From positions 62,001-126,000 of the forward strand of contig MU619309.1 in NCBI GenBank assembly GCA_025201805.1: a stretch of DNA of 64,000 nucleotides. The letters run 5' to 3'. A program made the translations under genes and the position numbers. The notes beneath the pieces were generated by a model that saw nothing but the letters and a program-made list of their open reading frames with translations, was not told where the DNA came from and did no database searches. Shown piece after piece: positions 51,702-64,000 of this stretch (positions are counted from its first letter, which is position 1; each line of letters opens with the position of its first letter). Origin of the DNA: Parasitella parasitica NRRL 2501 (taxonomy: Eukaryota > Fungi > Mucoromycota).

Positions 51702-52123
51702 ATTTTTTGATGTAAGAATTTAGACTTGAGAAATATGTTTTTGGTGCGTTTCTTTTTTTTTTGTATAAAATTTGCGGCATTATTAAAACGTTGATTGTTA
51801 AAAAGAAGAGCATTGTGGATCATTTGACTTGTGTTTGCCGTGGACCCGGCTATCATCTTCAATTTTTGAATAATGTATATGGAAGATGTTTTGAATTTTC
51901 CATGTGCGCATGGCATTTGAGTGTAAGAGGTTCATTCATAAAGTAAAATATTCTCGGGAGGATGAATGAGAGCTGGATTCTGTTAGGTGTCTTGTTTCTT
52001 TAGATGGCGTCCCCAATAACAATTTTTTGATTTATATTATAAATCGAACTGCTGCAAGTAGAACAATGAGGTATATGCGGAATTTCGCTCATCAAAAAAC
52101 ATAGGAATCGAGGAGGAGCTTGT

Positions 52124-52138
52124 AGAAATTTCCAGAAC
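52124..52138 (+). promoter_or_regulatory. heat shock element upstream of HSP90
   Basis: aGAAatTTCcaGAAc is a perfect three-unit nGAAn array; TATAAA at about 52227. Confidence 0.85.
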
Positions 52139-52302
52139 TCACTGACAACATACATGCCTTTGAGATCCAAGGCGATTTAATCTGGAATTTGCTCGAAATC
52201 TGGTATTGAATTAAAGCATTGTTGTGTATAAATAGAGGCATGAATTTGGCTTGAATACATCTTTACTTTTTCTCTTACTCTCAAACAAGACTTTATACTG
52301 AA

Positions 52303-54474
52303 ATGAGCGCTGAAACGGAAACTTTCTCCTTCCAAGCTGAAATCTCCCAATTGATGAGCTTGATCATCAATACTTTCTATTCAAACAAGGTAATGTAGAG
52401 GGTGGCGTGGCTTCTTTTGTGTCACTGCAGACGCTGACTCATTTTGTTTTTACTACAGGAAATTTTCTTGCGTGAATTGATCTCCAATGCTTCTGATGCT
52501 TTAGATAAGGTGCGCTATCAATCTCTGACTGACCCCTCTGTTCTCGATTCTGAGAAGGAGCTGTACATCCGTATTACACCTGATAAGGAACACAACGTCC
52601 TGTCTATCCGCGATACTGGTATTGGTATGACCAAGGCTGATTTGGTCAACAACTTGGGTACCATTGCCAAGTCTGGTACCAAAGCTTTCATGGAAGCTCT
52701 CTCTTCTGGCGCTGACATATCCATGATTGGCCAATTTGGCGTTGGTTTCTACTCTGCTTACCTTGTTGCTGACAAGGTGCAAGTGATTACCAAGCACAAT
52801 GACGATGAGCAATACATTTGGGAATCTGCTGCTGGCGGCTCTTTTACTATTACTCGTGATGAAGTCAATCCTTCTCTTGGCCGCGGTACTGAAATGCGTC
52901 TTTTCATGAAGGAGGACCAACTTGAATACCTTGACGAAAAGAAGATCAAGGACATTGTCAAGAAGCATTCTGAATTCATCTCCTATCCGATTCAGCTAGT
53001 CGTTGAAAAGGAGATTGAGAAGGAGGTGTCTGACGATGAGGTTGACGAGCCTGCCTCTGAAGGTGCCAAGATTGAAGAGGTGACTGATGAAGATGACAAG
53101 AAGGACGAAAAGAAGAAAAAGACAATCAAGGAAACCGTTACCGAGAATGAGGAACTCAACAAGACCAAGCCCCTCTGGACGCGCAATCCCGAGGATGTCA
53201 AGCCTGAAGAGTACTCTGAATTCTACAAGGCTCTTAGTAATGACTGGGAAGACCAACTGGCTGTCAAGCACTTTTCTGTAGAGGGCCAACTTGAATTCCG
53301 TGCTATCCTTTTCGTCCCTAAGCGTGCTCCCTTTGACATGTTTGAAACCAAGAAGAAGAGAAACAACATTAAACTCTACGTGCGCCGTGTCTTTATTATG
53401 GACGACTGCGAGGAGTTGATCCCTGAATGGCTGGGCTTCGTTAAGGGTGTCGTCGATTCGGAAGATCTCCCTCTCAACATTTCTCGTGAAATGCTTCAGC
53501 AAAACAAGATTTTGAAGGTCATTCGCAAAAACCTGGTCAAAAAGTGTCTCGAAATGTTCCAAGAAATTGCCGAAGACAAGGAGCAATTTGACAAGTTCTA
53601 CGAGGCTTTTGGCAAGAATATCAAGCTTGGAATCCACGAAGACACCCAAAACCGTGCCAAGCTCGCTGATTTACTGCGCTATCACTCTACCAAGTCTGGC
53701 GATGAAATGACCTCCTTTAAGGATTACATTACTCGTATGCCCGAGAAGCAAAAGAACATTTACTACATTACTGGCGAATCTCGCACTGCTGTCGAAAACT
53801 CTCCCTTCCTCGAAGGTTTCAAAAAGAAGGGTATTGAAGTCCTGTTGATGACAGATCCCATTGATGAATATGCAATCACTCAATTGAAGGAATACGAGGA
53901 TCACAAAATGGTCTGTATCACCAAGGAAGGTGCTGAAATCGAGGAAGATGAAGAAGAAAAGAAGGTTCGTGAGGCTGAACAAAAGGAATACGAAGGTCTC
54001 TGCAAGACTGTCAAGGATATCCTCGGCGATAAGGTTGAAAAAGTTGTTCTCTCCAACATCCTAACCGACTCTCCTTGCGTATTGACTACTGGCCAGTTTG
54101 GTTGGTCTGCTAATATGGAACGCATCATGAAAGCCCAAGCTCTCCGCGATTCCTCCATGTCCAGTTATATGGCATCCAAGAAGACTTTGGAGTTGAATCC
54201 TAATCACCCCATCATCAAGGCTCTCCGTGCAAAGGCTTCTGCTGATGCTGGTGATCGTACTGTTAAGGATCTTGTCACTTTGTTATACGAGACATCTCTC
54301 TTGACTTCAGGCTTCTCCTTGGACGATCCTAGCTCATTTGCTAGTCGCATTAATCGTATGGTCTCCCTTGGTCTTAGCATAGATGAAGAAGAGCTTGAAA
54401 ATGCTGCTGCTCCTGCCACTGAGGAGGTTTTAGAGGAAACTGACAAGGCTTCCCAGATGGAGGAAGTCGACTAA
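52303..54474 (+). CDS. HSP90: cytosolic Hsp90
   Basis: Exons 52303-52389, 52459-54474; [22 protein letters not shown]-terminal MEEVD. Confidence 0.99.
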
Positions 54475-54830
54475 AACGTTTCATACGTCCAAATCTCTTA
54501 TATATATATATTATATACTTACATACTTGCACACACTCTCATATCCCCCTTTACCATTCATTTTCTAATATTGTATATCGAAATAAATCTGTATTTAGCA
54601 ATATTCATTTGTTTTGCTTCATAAAACGCCCTTTGTATTCTCTCCAGAGTATCGCACATGCGCAGTGTACAAATGACTGAAAAGTACATTAGATAGTGGC
54701 ATACGCATGATTCAAGGGGTTATCCAGATTGACAATAATTCAGGGCGCGTACCAACTCCCTTTAAAAATGATGAGTGATGTTTTTTTTTTGTTTTTGAAT
54801 TTCCCTTTTTCTTTTTCTCTGCACAAAAAA

Positions 54831-56273
54831 ATGAAATCTGATAAGGAAAACAACTTTATTGGGTTAAAGTTGCTAAGTGTCTTCAGCATAGGGTGTATCG
54901 GCTCAGGCCAGATGTTTTTACCCATCTTTTACAAAAAGGTATTGGGCCTCGGCAACGATAAAATCGGATTTATTTTCTCTATCAGTAAGTGTGGCAAACA
55001 GAGATGAGGGTAGTGTGATTCTGACATTCGGAAACTCAACAGCGCCTTTTGTATCATTTGTCGCATTCCCATATTGGACATCGCTGGTGGATAGGACTGG
55101 AAAATACAAGGAAATTATGATCAGCAATATGCTGGTTGCATTAGTGGTATGTTTTCCCTCTCGAGCTTTCAGCAAAACGCAGGCACTCATTTGGTAATGA
55201 TTTAGTGCATTTTATCCATTGGATGTGTGCCGTATCTGTCCGAAACAGAGTGGGTCCGAATCACACTGACGTCCATAGGATGCTTTGGCTATGCGTTTTT
55301 CGGCTATCCGGTCATTGCAGCCTTGGTGGATACGGTAATTCTTCGAGTGCTGGCAAACCGCAGAGACCTGTACGGCCGTCAGAAGATTGGTGTTCCAATT
55401 GGGTTTGCTACCTCTGTGTTTCTGACTGGATTTCTGACAGAAAAATTAGATACTCTATATGCTTTGTTTGCTGTTTATCTTGTTTATTGTTTAGGGTTTG
55501 TGGTTACAGCTGCAGTGATCGACTTGAACCCGCACTACGAACCTATTGAAAATCTAGACGATACGTATGGCTCCCTGTCGCCCACAACTGGTATAGATGA
55601 TGTAGTCATCGAGGACGTAAATGATGGCATTCGTGTGACACCAGATCCGTCCATGTGGCATCTCCTCCAAGAGCCGGAAGCTGTTCAGTTTTTCGCATAC
55701 ATGACAGCAATGGGGTTTGCTATCGCTGTCGTGCAAGCATTTTTGTACCTGTTTATGGAAAATGATCTGCATGCTCCTTCTTCCTTGGTAGGGTTGTTTG
55801 GCCCATTGGGAAGCATTACAGAGGTGATTGTGTTTTTCTTTTTCAAGCATGTCCTCGACAGAATGGGCTCACACCGTTTGCTGGTGTTTACGCAATGCAT
55901 CATCATTTACCGATGTCTTACATACATGGTATGTACGCACATCAGCTGGGGCGCCTACCTGGCTACCGTGACCCAGCTGTTACATGGTGTAGGGTTTGCA
56001 GTCGCCTGGAGTGCAGCTTCGTTGCAGGCAGATCAGATTGCGCCGGCCAATCTTAAGAGTAGAGCTCAGGGCCTGCTTAACATGGCCTTTAATGGATTGG
56101 GAAGTGGTCTAGGTGCGTTAGCCGGCGGCTTTATCTATGAGAATTGGGGAGCTACCGCCATGTGGGCTGTAGTCGCTGTATTGGCTCTCATCAGTATTGT
56201 ACTATATACCTCTGATTTTGTATCAAGACATGTTTTTCTACCTATATCTAATTTTGTCAAGAAACACACGTAA
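54831..56273 (+). CDS. MFS transporter (MFS_1-like/MFSD6-like)
   Basis: Exons 54831-54984, 55043-55146, 55206-56273; W..LVDRTG, YGRQK, QLLHG, RAQGLL...GLG.GLG...GG. Confidence 0.85.
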
Positions 56274-56463
56274 TAAACTATTTCACAGCATGTTGACATT
56301 TCACACCTCATTGTCCAATCGAAACTCTATCATGTGTGTAACTCTTCCCCTTTCTCCCTTCAAAAAGAACATTAGTGTTAAAAGGCTTTTTACGGCTTCC
56401 TCTTGTTTTTTTTTGTTTTTTTTCTTTTAAATACACTTTTTTTTTTTTTTTCACTAGACTATC

Positions 56464-57872
56464 ATGGTAGCTAGCACATCCGCATCAGCTACCAGCACTA
56501 CCTCACCTTCCACAACAACAGCGAGTACCGGCAGTGCATTTTCATTCTTGAAGTTAAAGTGGAGAGGCTCCAAAGATCCAAAATTAAACATAAGAGAGGC
56601 CCTACCGAACTCGGTTGATGATATTGAGAGGGATTGGGTTAGACATAGCGCTCTTAAGCTGGCTTTTGAGAGGTATTTTAAAGACGGTATCAATCATTTT
56701 GTATCGACACTAATCGGGATTCTCGATTTGTTGGCATTATACAGTGACTTTAAAGCTCCAATCCATCGTTTACTGCAAGCCGGTGGCAGTGAAGTACTAG
56801 ACATTGGGTAACGTTGGATCAATATTTCTTTTCTGTATGTATTCTGATAATTTTATATTTATAAAACCACCAACCCCAACCCCAACCCCCCTCCCAGATG
56901 TGGTGCCGGGTTTTGGTCAAGCGTATGTATCTTGTCGATTACCGTTTTTTTTTTTTTCAGGGGTAACATTTGCTGATATGCTGTTTTCCTAGGATATGGC
57001 ATCCCAGTATCCGATATCATATTTTACAGGCATTGATATCGATAAAAACGTGCTGCCCTCAAGGTAAGTTGTATACAGCATGTATTACGGCGTTCTCATC
57101 GACTGTGGCTGCGCAGCTCTTTGTCAAAGAACGTATTTTATCAGCGAATCGATCTGGTTGAACTTCCTTTACCGTACGAGGATGCAACTTTCGACTTTAT
57201 ATTTATACGTTCCATGATGGACACACTGCCTGATTCGATGTGGGATGATGTACTGAAGGAACTAGTACGGATTATGAAGAAAGGCGCCTACATCGAATGC
57301 GTCGAAGCCTATGACAATCTATTTGATGCGGGGCCTTGTATGAGCAGGCTAAATCAATGCAAGTATATTTTAGCTCTGGTAACATGTGTGTCGTATACCA
57401 CACAAACTAAAAAACGTCGCTATTAATAGTAATTCAGTCGAGTATAAAGCATCCACCGCAGTCGCCCACTACCCCTACCTCTGCATACAACACTCTAAAT
57501 AACACACCCCATACAGCCACAACTCTGTACAATCCATGGCCAAACAGAATTGCAAATATGAGCCAATTAATAGGCATGCAGATAAATCACACACACACGC
57601 CAGTCGGCACATACGGAGACACTGTTGGATCGCTGCTATTAGAGTACTGGGAGAGAATCATCAGCGGCTTCCGACGGGACTGGATTGCCAACAAGCTGAT
57701 TGCAGAAGACGAGCTAGAGAAAACAGTAGCGACAATGAAGGGTGAAGTCAACGAATACAACACTTATATGTCTTGGTATTCTGTCGTAGCACAAAAAAAG
57801 GGTTACAAGGGACCCACTATTCAGTTTGACGATGTAGACGACTTTGATACTGTACGCACGCACATATTTTAA
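56464..57872 (+). CDS. class I SAM-dependent methyltransferase
   Basis: Spliced VLDIGCGAGFW..DMA.QYP, GIDID, LPYEDATFDFIF, EL.RIMKKGAYIE; about six exons. Confidence 0.88.
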
Positions 57873-57884
57873 TAAAATTTACAT

Positions 57885-59135
57885 CTAAAAACCACCAAGA
57901 GCATCGGCGCCAGAGTTGGCTGCGTCTGCTAAACCACGGGAGATGATCAGACGCTGGATCTGTGCTGTGCCTTCATAGATTTGGAAAATCTTTGCATCGC
58001 GCATCAATTTCTCCACGGGGTATTCTGTGTTGAAGCCGTTGCCGCCAAAGATCTGGACGGCGTCTGCGGCGCACTTGTTGGCAACGTCACCGGCCAAAGC
58101 CTTGGCAATACTCGCATGCCATGTGTTTCTCTCGCCATTGTCGCGCATAAAGGCAGAGCGATATACCATCATGCGAGCGCTTTCAATGCCAATAGCCATA
58201 TCTGCCAGCATGAAAGAGACTGCTTGGTGATTGAAAATAGGCTTTCCCATTGTTTTGCGCTCCAGCGAGTACTTTGTAGCCTCTTCCATTGCACGGCGAG
58301 CCAAGCCGACAGCACCAGAAGCGACCAGAGGACGAGTGATGTCGAACGCATTCATGGCAATCTTGAAGCCTTGGCCTTCAGAGCCCAATACGTTTTCGGC
58401 AGGAACCACAACGTCCTCAAATGTAACGCCGCGAGTGTCTGAGGCACGTTGTCCCATGTTGATTTCCTTTCGCCCCACAGTGATACCAGGCGTGTCAGCA
58501 TCGACAATAAACCCAGTAAAGGCTTTGCCGGTGTTGGCGTTGGCGTCAGTGCGAGCAAGCACAAAAAACCAGTTGGCGTGCCCTGAATTTGTGATCCACA
58601 TCTTTTGGCCGTTCAACACCCAACTTCCGTCTGCCTTCTTGGCAGCAGAGGTCTTTAATCCAGCGACATCCGAACCGGCCCCCGGCTCCGTAACGCCGTA
58701 AGAAGCAATCAAAGGGGCTTCAGTCATGCGTCCCAAGTACTTTTTCTTTTGGAAATCGTTACCGGCGACGATAAGTGGAGCCTCAGCAAGGTTGTTGGCT
58801 TCGATGGCAGTTTGGATCCCACTGCAGCCAAAAGCCAGCTCTTCGGATATGATGGCGCTGTCCAGGACACTCAAATCCATGCCGCCATACTTTGCTTCGA
58901 TGTGGGTGTTGACCAGGCCGAGCTCCCAAGCCTTTCTGATGATTTCAGTGGGGTACTTGCCGGTAACGTCGTGTTCAGCCGCGACAGGGATGATCTCTTC
59001 ACGTGTAAACTTGCGAGCCATCTGCTGGATTGACTTTTGCTCTTCAGTCAGTGAGAAGCCCATGCCCAAGGGCGCAGCTTGGGATGAGTAATAGCGTGTG
59101 TAAGGACGGGCTAATCTTTGAAAAGATCGTAGCAT
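57885..59135 (-). CDS. ACADM: mitochondrial medium-chain acyl-CoA dehydrogenase
   Basis: Presequence [10 protein letters not shown]; [48 protein letters not shown]. Confidence 0.95.
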   Translation of the reverse strand: MLRSFQRLARPYTRYYSSQAAPLGMGFSLTEEQKSIQQMARKFTREEIIPVAAEHDVTGKYPTEIIRKAWELGLVNTHIEAKYGGMDLSVLDSAIISEELAFGCSGIQTAIEANNLAEAPLIVAGNDFQKKKYLGRMTEAPLIASYGVTEPGAGSDVAGLKTSAAKKADGSWVLNGQKMWITNSGHANWFFVLARTDANANTGKAFTGFIVDADTPGITVGRKEINMGQRASDTRGVTFEDVVVPAENVLGSEGQGFKIAMNAFDITRPLVASGAVGLARRAMEEATKYSLERKTMGKPIFNHQAVSFMLADMAIGIESARMMVYRSAFMRDNGERNTWHASIAKALAGDVANKCAADAVQIFGGNGFNTEYPVEKLMRDAKIFQIYEGTAQIQRLIISRGLADAANSGADALGGF

Positions 59136-59954
59136 TGTGTTTGTGGTGGAAGGGGAGAAGAAATAAGAAAGAGGGGGAGAAATGACCAAAAGCCAGACCT
59201 CACCATGCCTATTATATAGGTAGCGCCCCCCAATTTCCATGTGAAAATTGCACTGCATGTGAACATGAGCGATCGTATTTCTTTATAAATGATGCAACAT
59301 GGCCAAACTGTGGTACACCCAAGCGGCATGTGGGATATATTCATGATTTGTGTGTTTCAGCGCATTTTTACCCAAGCCAAGGCATCTCTACACATTGTAC
59401 GGTATATGGCTTGAATGAAATGAATGTGCAAACACCGTAATGCGCCATTTTCAATTCGTCCAACAGACAAGACTTACACTGAGTTGCACTGCTTAAATTG
59501 ATAGGCAAACGTTATTCATGCCTTGTGAAATAATCTCGAATCTATAAAGCAGCAACTACGGCGATTACGGCGGCAAATTGAACCTTCAAATGTTGGCCTA
59601 TTTCATCAATATTAAATAGACAGAATACAAAAGCAACATACATATATATTATATGGGGTGTAAATACAAATGTCCTTGGATGCGTCTACTATCCTCAGCA
59701 GCTATTTGGCACTGCTCGATAGACATTGCAACACACATTAGTAGTTTTGCCCTGTACGCCAAGTGCTAAACTAGGACGTAATGAGAGCTACCGAGAGCCA
59801 TTATGAAAACAGACTGAACCAAGCACAACAACCTTGCTTCATGCTGTAAACAGTGGTGTTGTTAATACGGTGACTGTTTTGAAATGCATATATCGGCTGC
59901 TTCCACTTTTGCGATTCAACCATGAAAATTTTTCCCCATACAAACATAACCGAT

Positions 59955-62949
59955 ATGAGCTCTGTCAACGAAAATACGCCCTCCACAAGCTCATCCAACA
60001 CCAATAGCGAAAGACCTGATAATACGAACGAGACATCAACGCCTTCCCCATCCTCATCGGCACCAAATAATGCAGCATTGGATGTCCATGCACTGAAAGA
60101 AAGAATTATAGCAACCAACAAGCTTTTCAAATACCTGCAGGATGCAAAGAAAGGCAAGTCTTTGGCCAAGTTCTTTCTAGATGCGTACTAACCGCACCTT
60201 CAACCATAGAACTGTCTACGCGCGAAGCCCAAATTAGCACATTAAAAGCAAACTTGGGCCTATCAGTCAAGAATTCCCAAGAATCAGATGAGAAATACAA
60301 CAAAGTAGCAGACCAAGTCAAAGTATTAGAGGATCAACTAAAGGCAAAGTCGTTTCAAATAGATTCTTTAAAAAACGACCTGAGAAAGCAAGCTGACCTG
60401 GCAAAGCGGATGGGGTCCAATGCTGCAGAATTCAGAACCGCAAAGGATCAAGTAGCAAAGTTAAAGGAAGAGAACCAAAAGTTGACAGAAACCATATCAA
60501 AGTTGCAGGCTGAGAAAGACCAGATGGACGAGGAGGCCATGGAAACTAGCATCAACCATAATTTGACGATCGAATCACTTCGCGAGGAAATCACAGATCT
60601 GCAATCGTCCTTAACGACCGACGATTCAGAATTAGTCTCTTTGCGGCTCCAATTGTCGGCTGAAAAGAGCAAGGCATCTAAAGCCGCTTTACATATCAAA
60701 TCACTCGAGCAGAGCTTACAACAGTCTAATGAACAAATCAAAGAGTTGAATGTCCAGCTACTTGAGAAAGAGCCCCAGCAAGCACCAACATCTGCCACCA
60801 ATGACAACATGGATAATATAAAACGAATGCATGCGGAGCAAGTGAATAGTCTGAAGCAACAGATTTCACAATTGGATTCAAAGCTGGAAAGAAAGGCAGC
60901 ATTACCACCAACAACACAATCAGCAGCAAATCCAACTCTGCTCAAGAAATACCACCAACTTAAAGGAAAATACCAATTGATGAAAAAGACAAATGTATTT
61001 TTGAATCAAGAGCTGCAATCTGCACTATCCAATGCCTCAGAAGACCGAGGGCTTACATCCGACAGTGATCCTGATAGCGCGAGCCATGAGTCTAGCGACG
61101 ATGCGAATATACCAACACTTGTTGATTTGGAAACCTCACTTCCAGAATCAGCCAAAATTCCAACCGCAAATCAGCACAGCTCTACTCTTCCCCGCCCAAA
61201 ATCTGCTAATGCCAGCAAAGCGCCTCCTGTTTCCCTTGTTCAACACAGAAATCCGTCCAGAGATCCCCGCCTTGCTCATCAGCCAAATCAACATCAAGAA
61301 ACAGAGGAACTCGGTCTCCAACAAAAGTCAGGTCTCATTGCTCCACCGCCACAAGGAACTGCCACAAAGTTACCCAAAAAGCGAAAGAGCTTGCTACTCA
61401 AGTTTGTGAATGCCAAAAATCCTTCCAAAGTGCTCGAGAGAGCCAAAGCCCCCACCGCCTCCAATACAACCGCACTTGCTCTTTCAAAAAAACGCTCGCA
61501 TAGCTCAATACAAAACGACGATCAGGCCACAGAAAGCGCTTCTAATCAAGTCGACAGTGCCCCTGCCAATGCTGCTGCTGCTACCACCAGTACCACCGCT
61601 AGTACTGCTAGTAGTAGTGCCACTGACGTTCCATCGAAAAGGATTAGAGCAGACTACCATTGGAATCATGTTATTGAAGGCATATTCAACAAGAGTCACG
61701 GGAAAGTGTTGCCCACAAGGGTAGAGTGCAAAGAAATCACTCTTCATTTGCTGGATGAAATCCAAGATTGCTACTCTAGAATCAAGTCTGCTGCTGTGCT
61801 TACCGATTCCAGCCTCGTTCCGTTTGGTGCTTCTGACTTGGAACTGCCTAAATCGATGGATCATCGTGAAAAAGTGTATGCTTGGTTCCTGGTGTCGTTG
61901 TTGAAAGTCGATGTAAGTTGACCAGAATGTGGGAAACAGGGTCGGTTTTTTTGCTCAGTAGCATTCATAATAGCGACAAGAGTTCAATTCAGTCATGTTC
62001 AAGTTGGCGGAAAGTACCAAGAATTGCCCAGTGTCCAAGGCTCCAATAAATAACAAACTTGTGTAAGTGTTTTGGTAGTTTTCAAACATCTATCAATCTA
62101 ACCGTTTTTCTCGATTCCAGCCGTCTGATCAGGTTATTCGCTATAGTTTGTAAGGCTGAAGACTCGCTTGGCCGGCTTTGTACCCTGGTTTATACATTGC
62201 TCAGGATTCCAGCCTTCCAATCAAGTCTCATTCCATCTCTGCTGAACGTAGGCTTTGTCTGGAAAGAAAGCTTTGCTTTTGTGAGCGCTGATCCTCATTT
62301 CGACTCCTTGCACAATACTTTTGTCTCTTGTATCCACCTTGTAAGTTGCCGATCAAGCTCTACAAAGAATGTAAGTAATCTAGCTTGTGTTTTTTTTTTT
62401 TTTTTTGCGATTCCTCGTATTCATGCCCTATTGCCTTAGCTAAAGCAGATGGAAGCACAATTGTCAACGCTCTTTAACTGGCCGCCGCCAAAACTCGTTT
62501 TAGATTGCATAGAAGACTCGATGAAGATTCTCCAAAGCACCTACTTTAAAGAGCTGCACGCAAACGACAGGAGCAAATTTGATTTATTGTCGTTCAATTT
62601 GATCACGTCCTTTGAATTGGCTCTTGTCGTTTTGGATGACTGGAAACAGACGTATGATATATTTATCAGACAAAGGCTGTGGCCATTGTTGAGCATGGAG
62701 GTTATTGACGTGGTAGCCATGGAGCTGCTCGGAAAGCTCGCAAGACTAGGCATCTCTGACGACCCCTTGAAGGCAGACAAGCCTGGAGTTGTAACTCTGC
62801 TCGATACTTTTTCGACAATCATTGATTTGGGCAAGGATATCGATCCCAGCGAGAAGCATTTACAATTTGCCGCTGCAAGGTCCATGGTCGCTGTGGCTGG
62901 AAACCATCATCATTACAAAAAGTTTTTGGCTAATGTGCATGGTATTTGA
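59955..62949 (+). CDS. putative ICE1-like (little elongation complex subunit 1) protein
   Basis: Exons 59955-60153, 60210-61912, 61974-62062, 62121-62370, 62440-62949 give 916 aa: N-terminal coiled coil, disordered middle, helical C-terminal domain with ICE1-like motifs; 3' end abuts a gap. Confidence 0.65.
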
Positions 62950-63445
62950 AATAATGGAATTACATCATCTTGAGATTTTTGGTTTNNNNNNNNNNNNNNN
63001 NNNNNNNNNNNNNNNNNNNNAAAAAAAAAGCCTCTGATATCTAATGAAATAAGCAACGAAATCTCTTTTATATACCGTACAAATTTTTGCTGGCCATGCC
63101 ATATCGATGACTCCCGCCTTTATCAATATGTCAAAATGTGGATGGGCCGAGGACAATCGAGAATCGTGTAGCTTTCCCCCTATGACAGACTATTCCTATG
63201 TATCCCAATGTCTCGGTTGATGATTTATAAATAAATAAAAATAAAAAAGGATTGTATCATTGTGGAGCTATAACCAATATTTGTCGGCACTGCTGTATTG
63301 ACTCTTTGTCATTAAAAGTCTTTGAAAGATTTATTCAAAAAAAAAAAAAGAAAAAAAAAAATATATAATATATTAGCTGCGAGGTTTTTTTTTTCTTTTT
63401 TTTTTGGTTGATTAAACCATTTCTTTTTGTCTTTCAACACTTAAT

Positions 63446-63928
63446 ATGTCGCGCCATAGAGCCGTTAGAAATCTTAACATTGACGGTGAATTTCCGAGCT
63501 AAAAGTAGGCGTAGAAAGGCAGCTAATCTCTGTTGTAAAATAGATATTCTTGACGAAAATGAGTATGGAGAGTACGATGAAGATCAAAGTAAATTGCGGC
63601 ACAACTGTAAAAGGATGAGATACTGACTACCGTTGCTCTAGTCGATGAAACCGAAATGTCAACTGAAGATTTAGATAAATTAGACGAAGGATTGGCCTAC
63701 GTTTATAGTGTTATTGGAGACGACACCATCTTGACTTCGAGAGAAATCAAGGAAGCTTTGTGGTATTACTATTTTGACAGAGAAGAGACAGTGAATTGGG
63801 CACTCGGTAATGCATACTGATTGGGGGACTTTCGAAATTTGATCATTAATAAGCCTGTATGCAGAGCATATTGCCAAAGAAAAGGCATTGGAGGAGAAGA
63901 AAAAGGCTAAAGAAGAAGCCAAGAAAGG
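63446..63928 (+). CDS. HBS1: HBS1-like GTPase N-terminus (3' partial)
   Basis: Spliced MSRHRAVRNL.IDD.LDE...IKEALWYYYFD.E.TVNW; continues beyond the window. Confidence 0.85.
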
Positions 63929-64000
63929 TGGGTTCATTAACCAGCATTTTCCAGAGAGAGAGAGAGAGAGAGGAGAATATAAATACGCACAAGGAAAAAA

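Noticed and set aside
56868-56896. (CCCCAA)n telomere-like run, and C/G tracts in other introns (13748-13785, 32824-32851)
   Set aside because: Only 2-3 units of intronic low-complexity sequence
57359-57437. Second GC-AG intron (GCAAGT at 57359 to 57429) in the methyltransferase
   Set aside because: A canonical GT-AG intron 57379-57437 also keeps the frame; cannot be decided from sequence
1-64000. CRISPR arrays, tRNA/rRNA genes, intact transposons, biosynthetic gene cluster
   Set aside because: None seen; the gene content is unrelated housekeeping genes

Overview
Gene-dense, intron-rich eukaryotic genomic DNA, most consistent with an early-diverging (Mucorales-type) fungus: 55-70 nt introns, CTRAY branch sites, frequent AAG acceptors, and homopolymer-flanked assembly gaps. 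About 28 protein genes were reconstructed by hand-splicing: RPL3, CBP3, NEM1-like, NT-C2 protein, RPL37, importin-9, a giant Nup49/58-like FG nucleoporin, profilin, DBP10, G-beta, TBC GAP, PRO1, RPT6, Tim17-family, ENP1, WNK kinase, CHMP7, SRPBCC, tropomyosin, RPL43, kelch-BTB, RPL35, HSP90, MFS, SAM methyltransferase, MCAD, an ICE1-like protein and HBS1. Highlights: (1) a 'hypothetical' coiled-coil gene whose spliced C-terminus resembles metazoan ICE1, the little elongation complex scaffold; (2) a profilin intron built from two complete back-to-back introns with a zero-nucleotide exon (recursive-splicing candidate); (3) a textbook U12 AT-AC intron in importin-9, with a possible in-frame U2 bypass; (4) a snR62/U34-like box C/D snoRNA in a spliced non-coding host transcript divergent from RPL3; (5) a shared ATCCATCCAT element and long hairpins in ribosomal-protein first introns; (6) a WNK kinase with a C-terminal SAM-like domain. 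Homology calls rest on recalled family motifs, not database searches.
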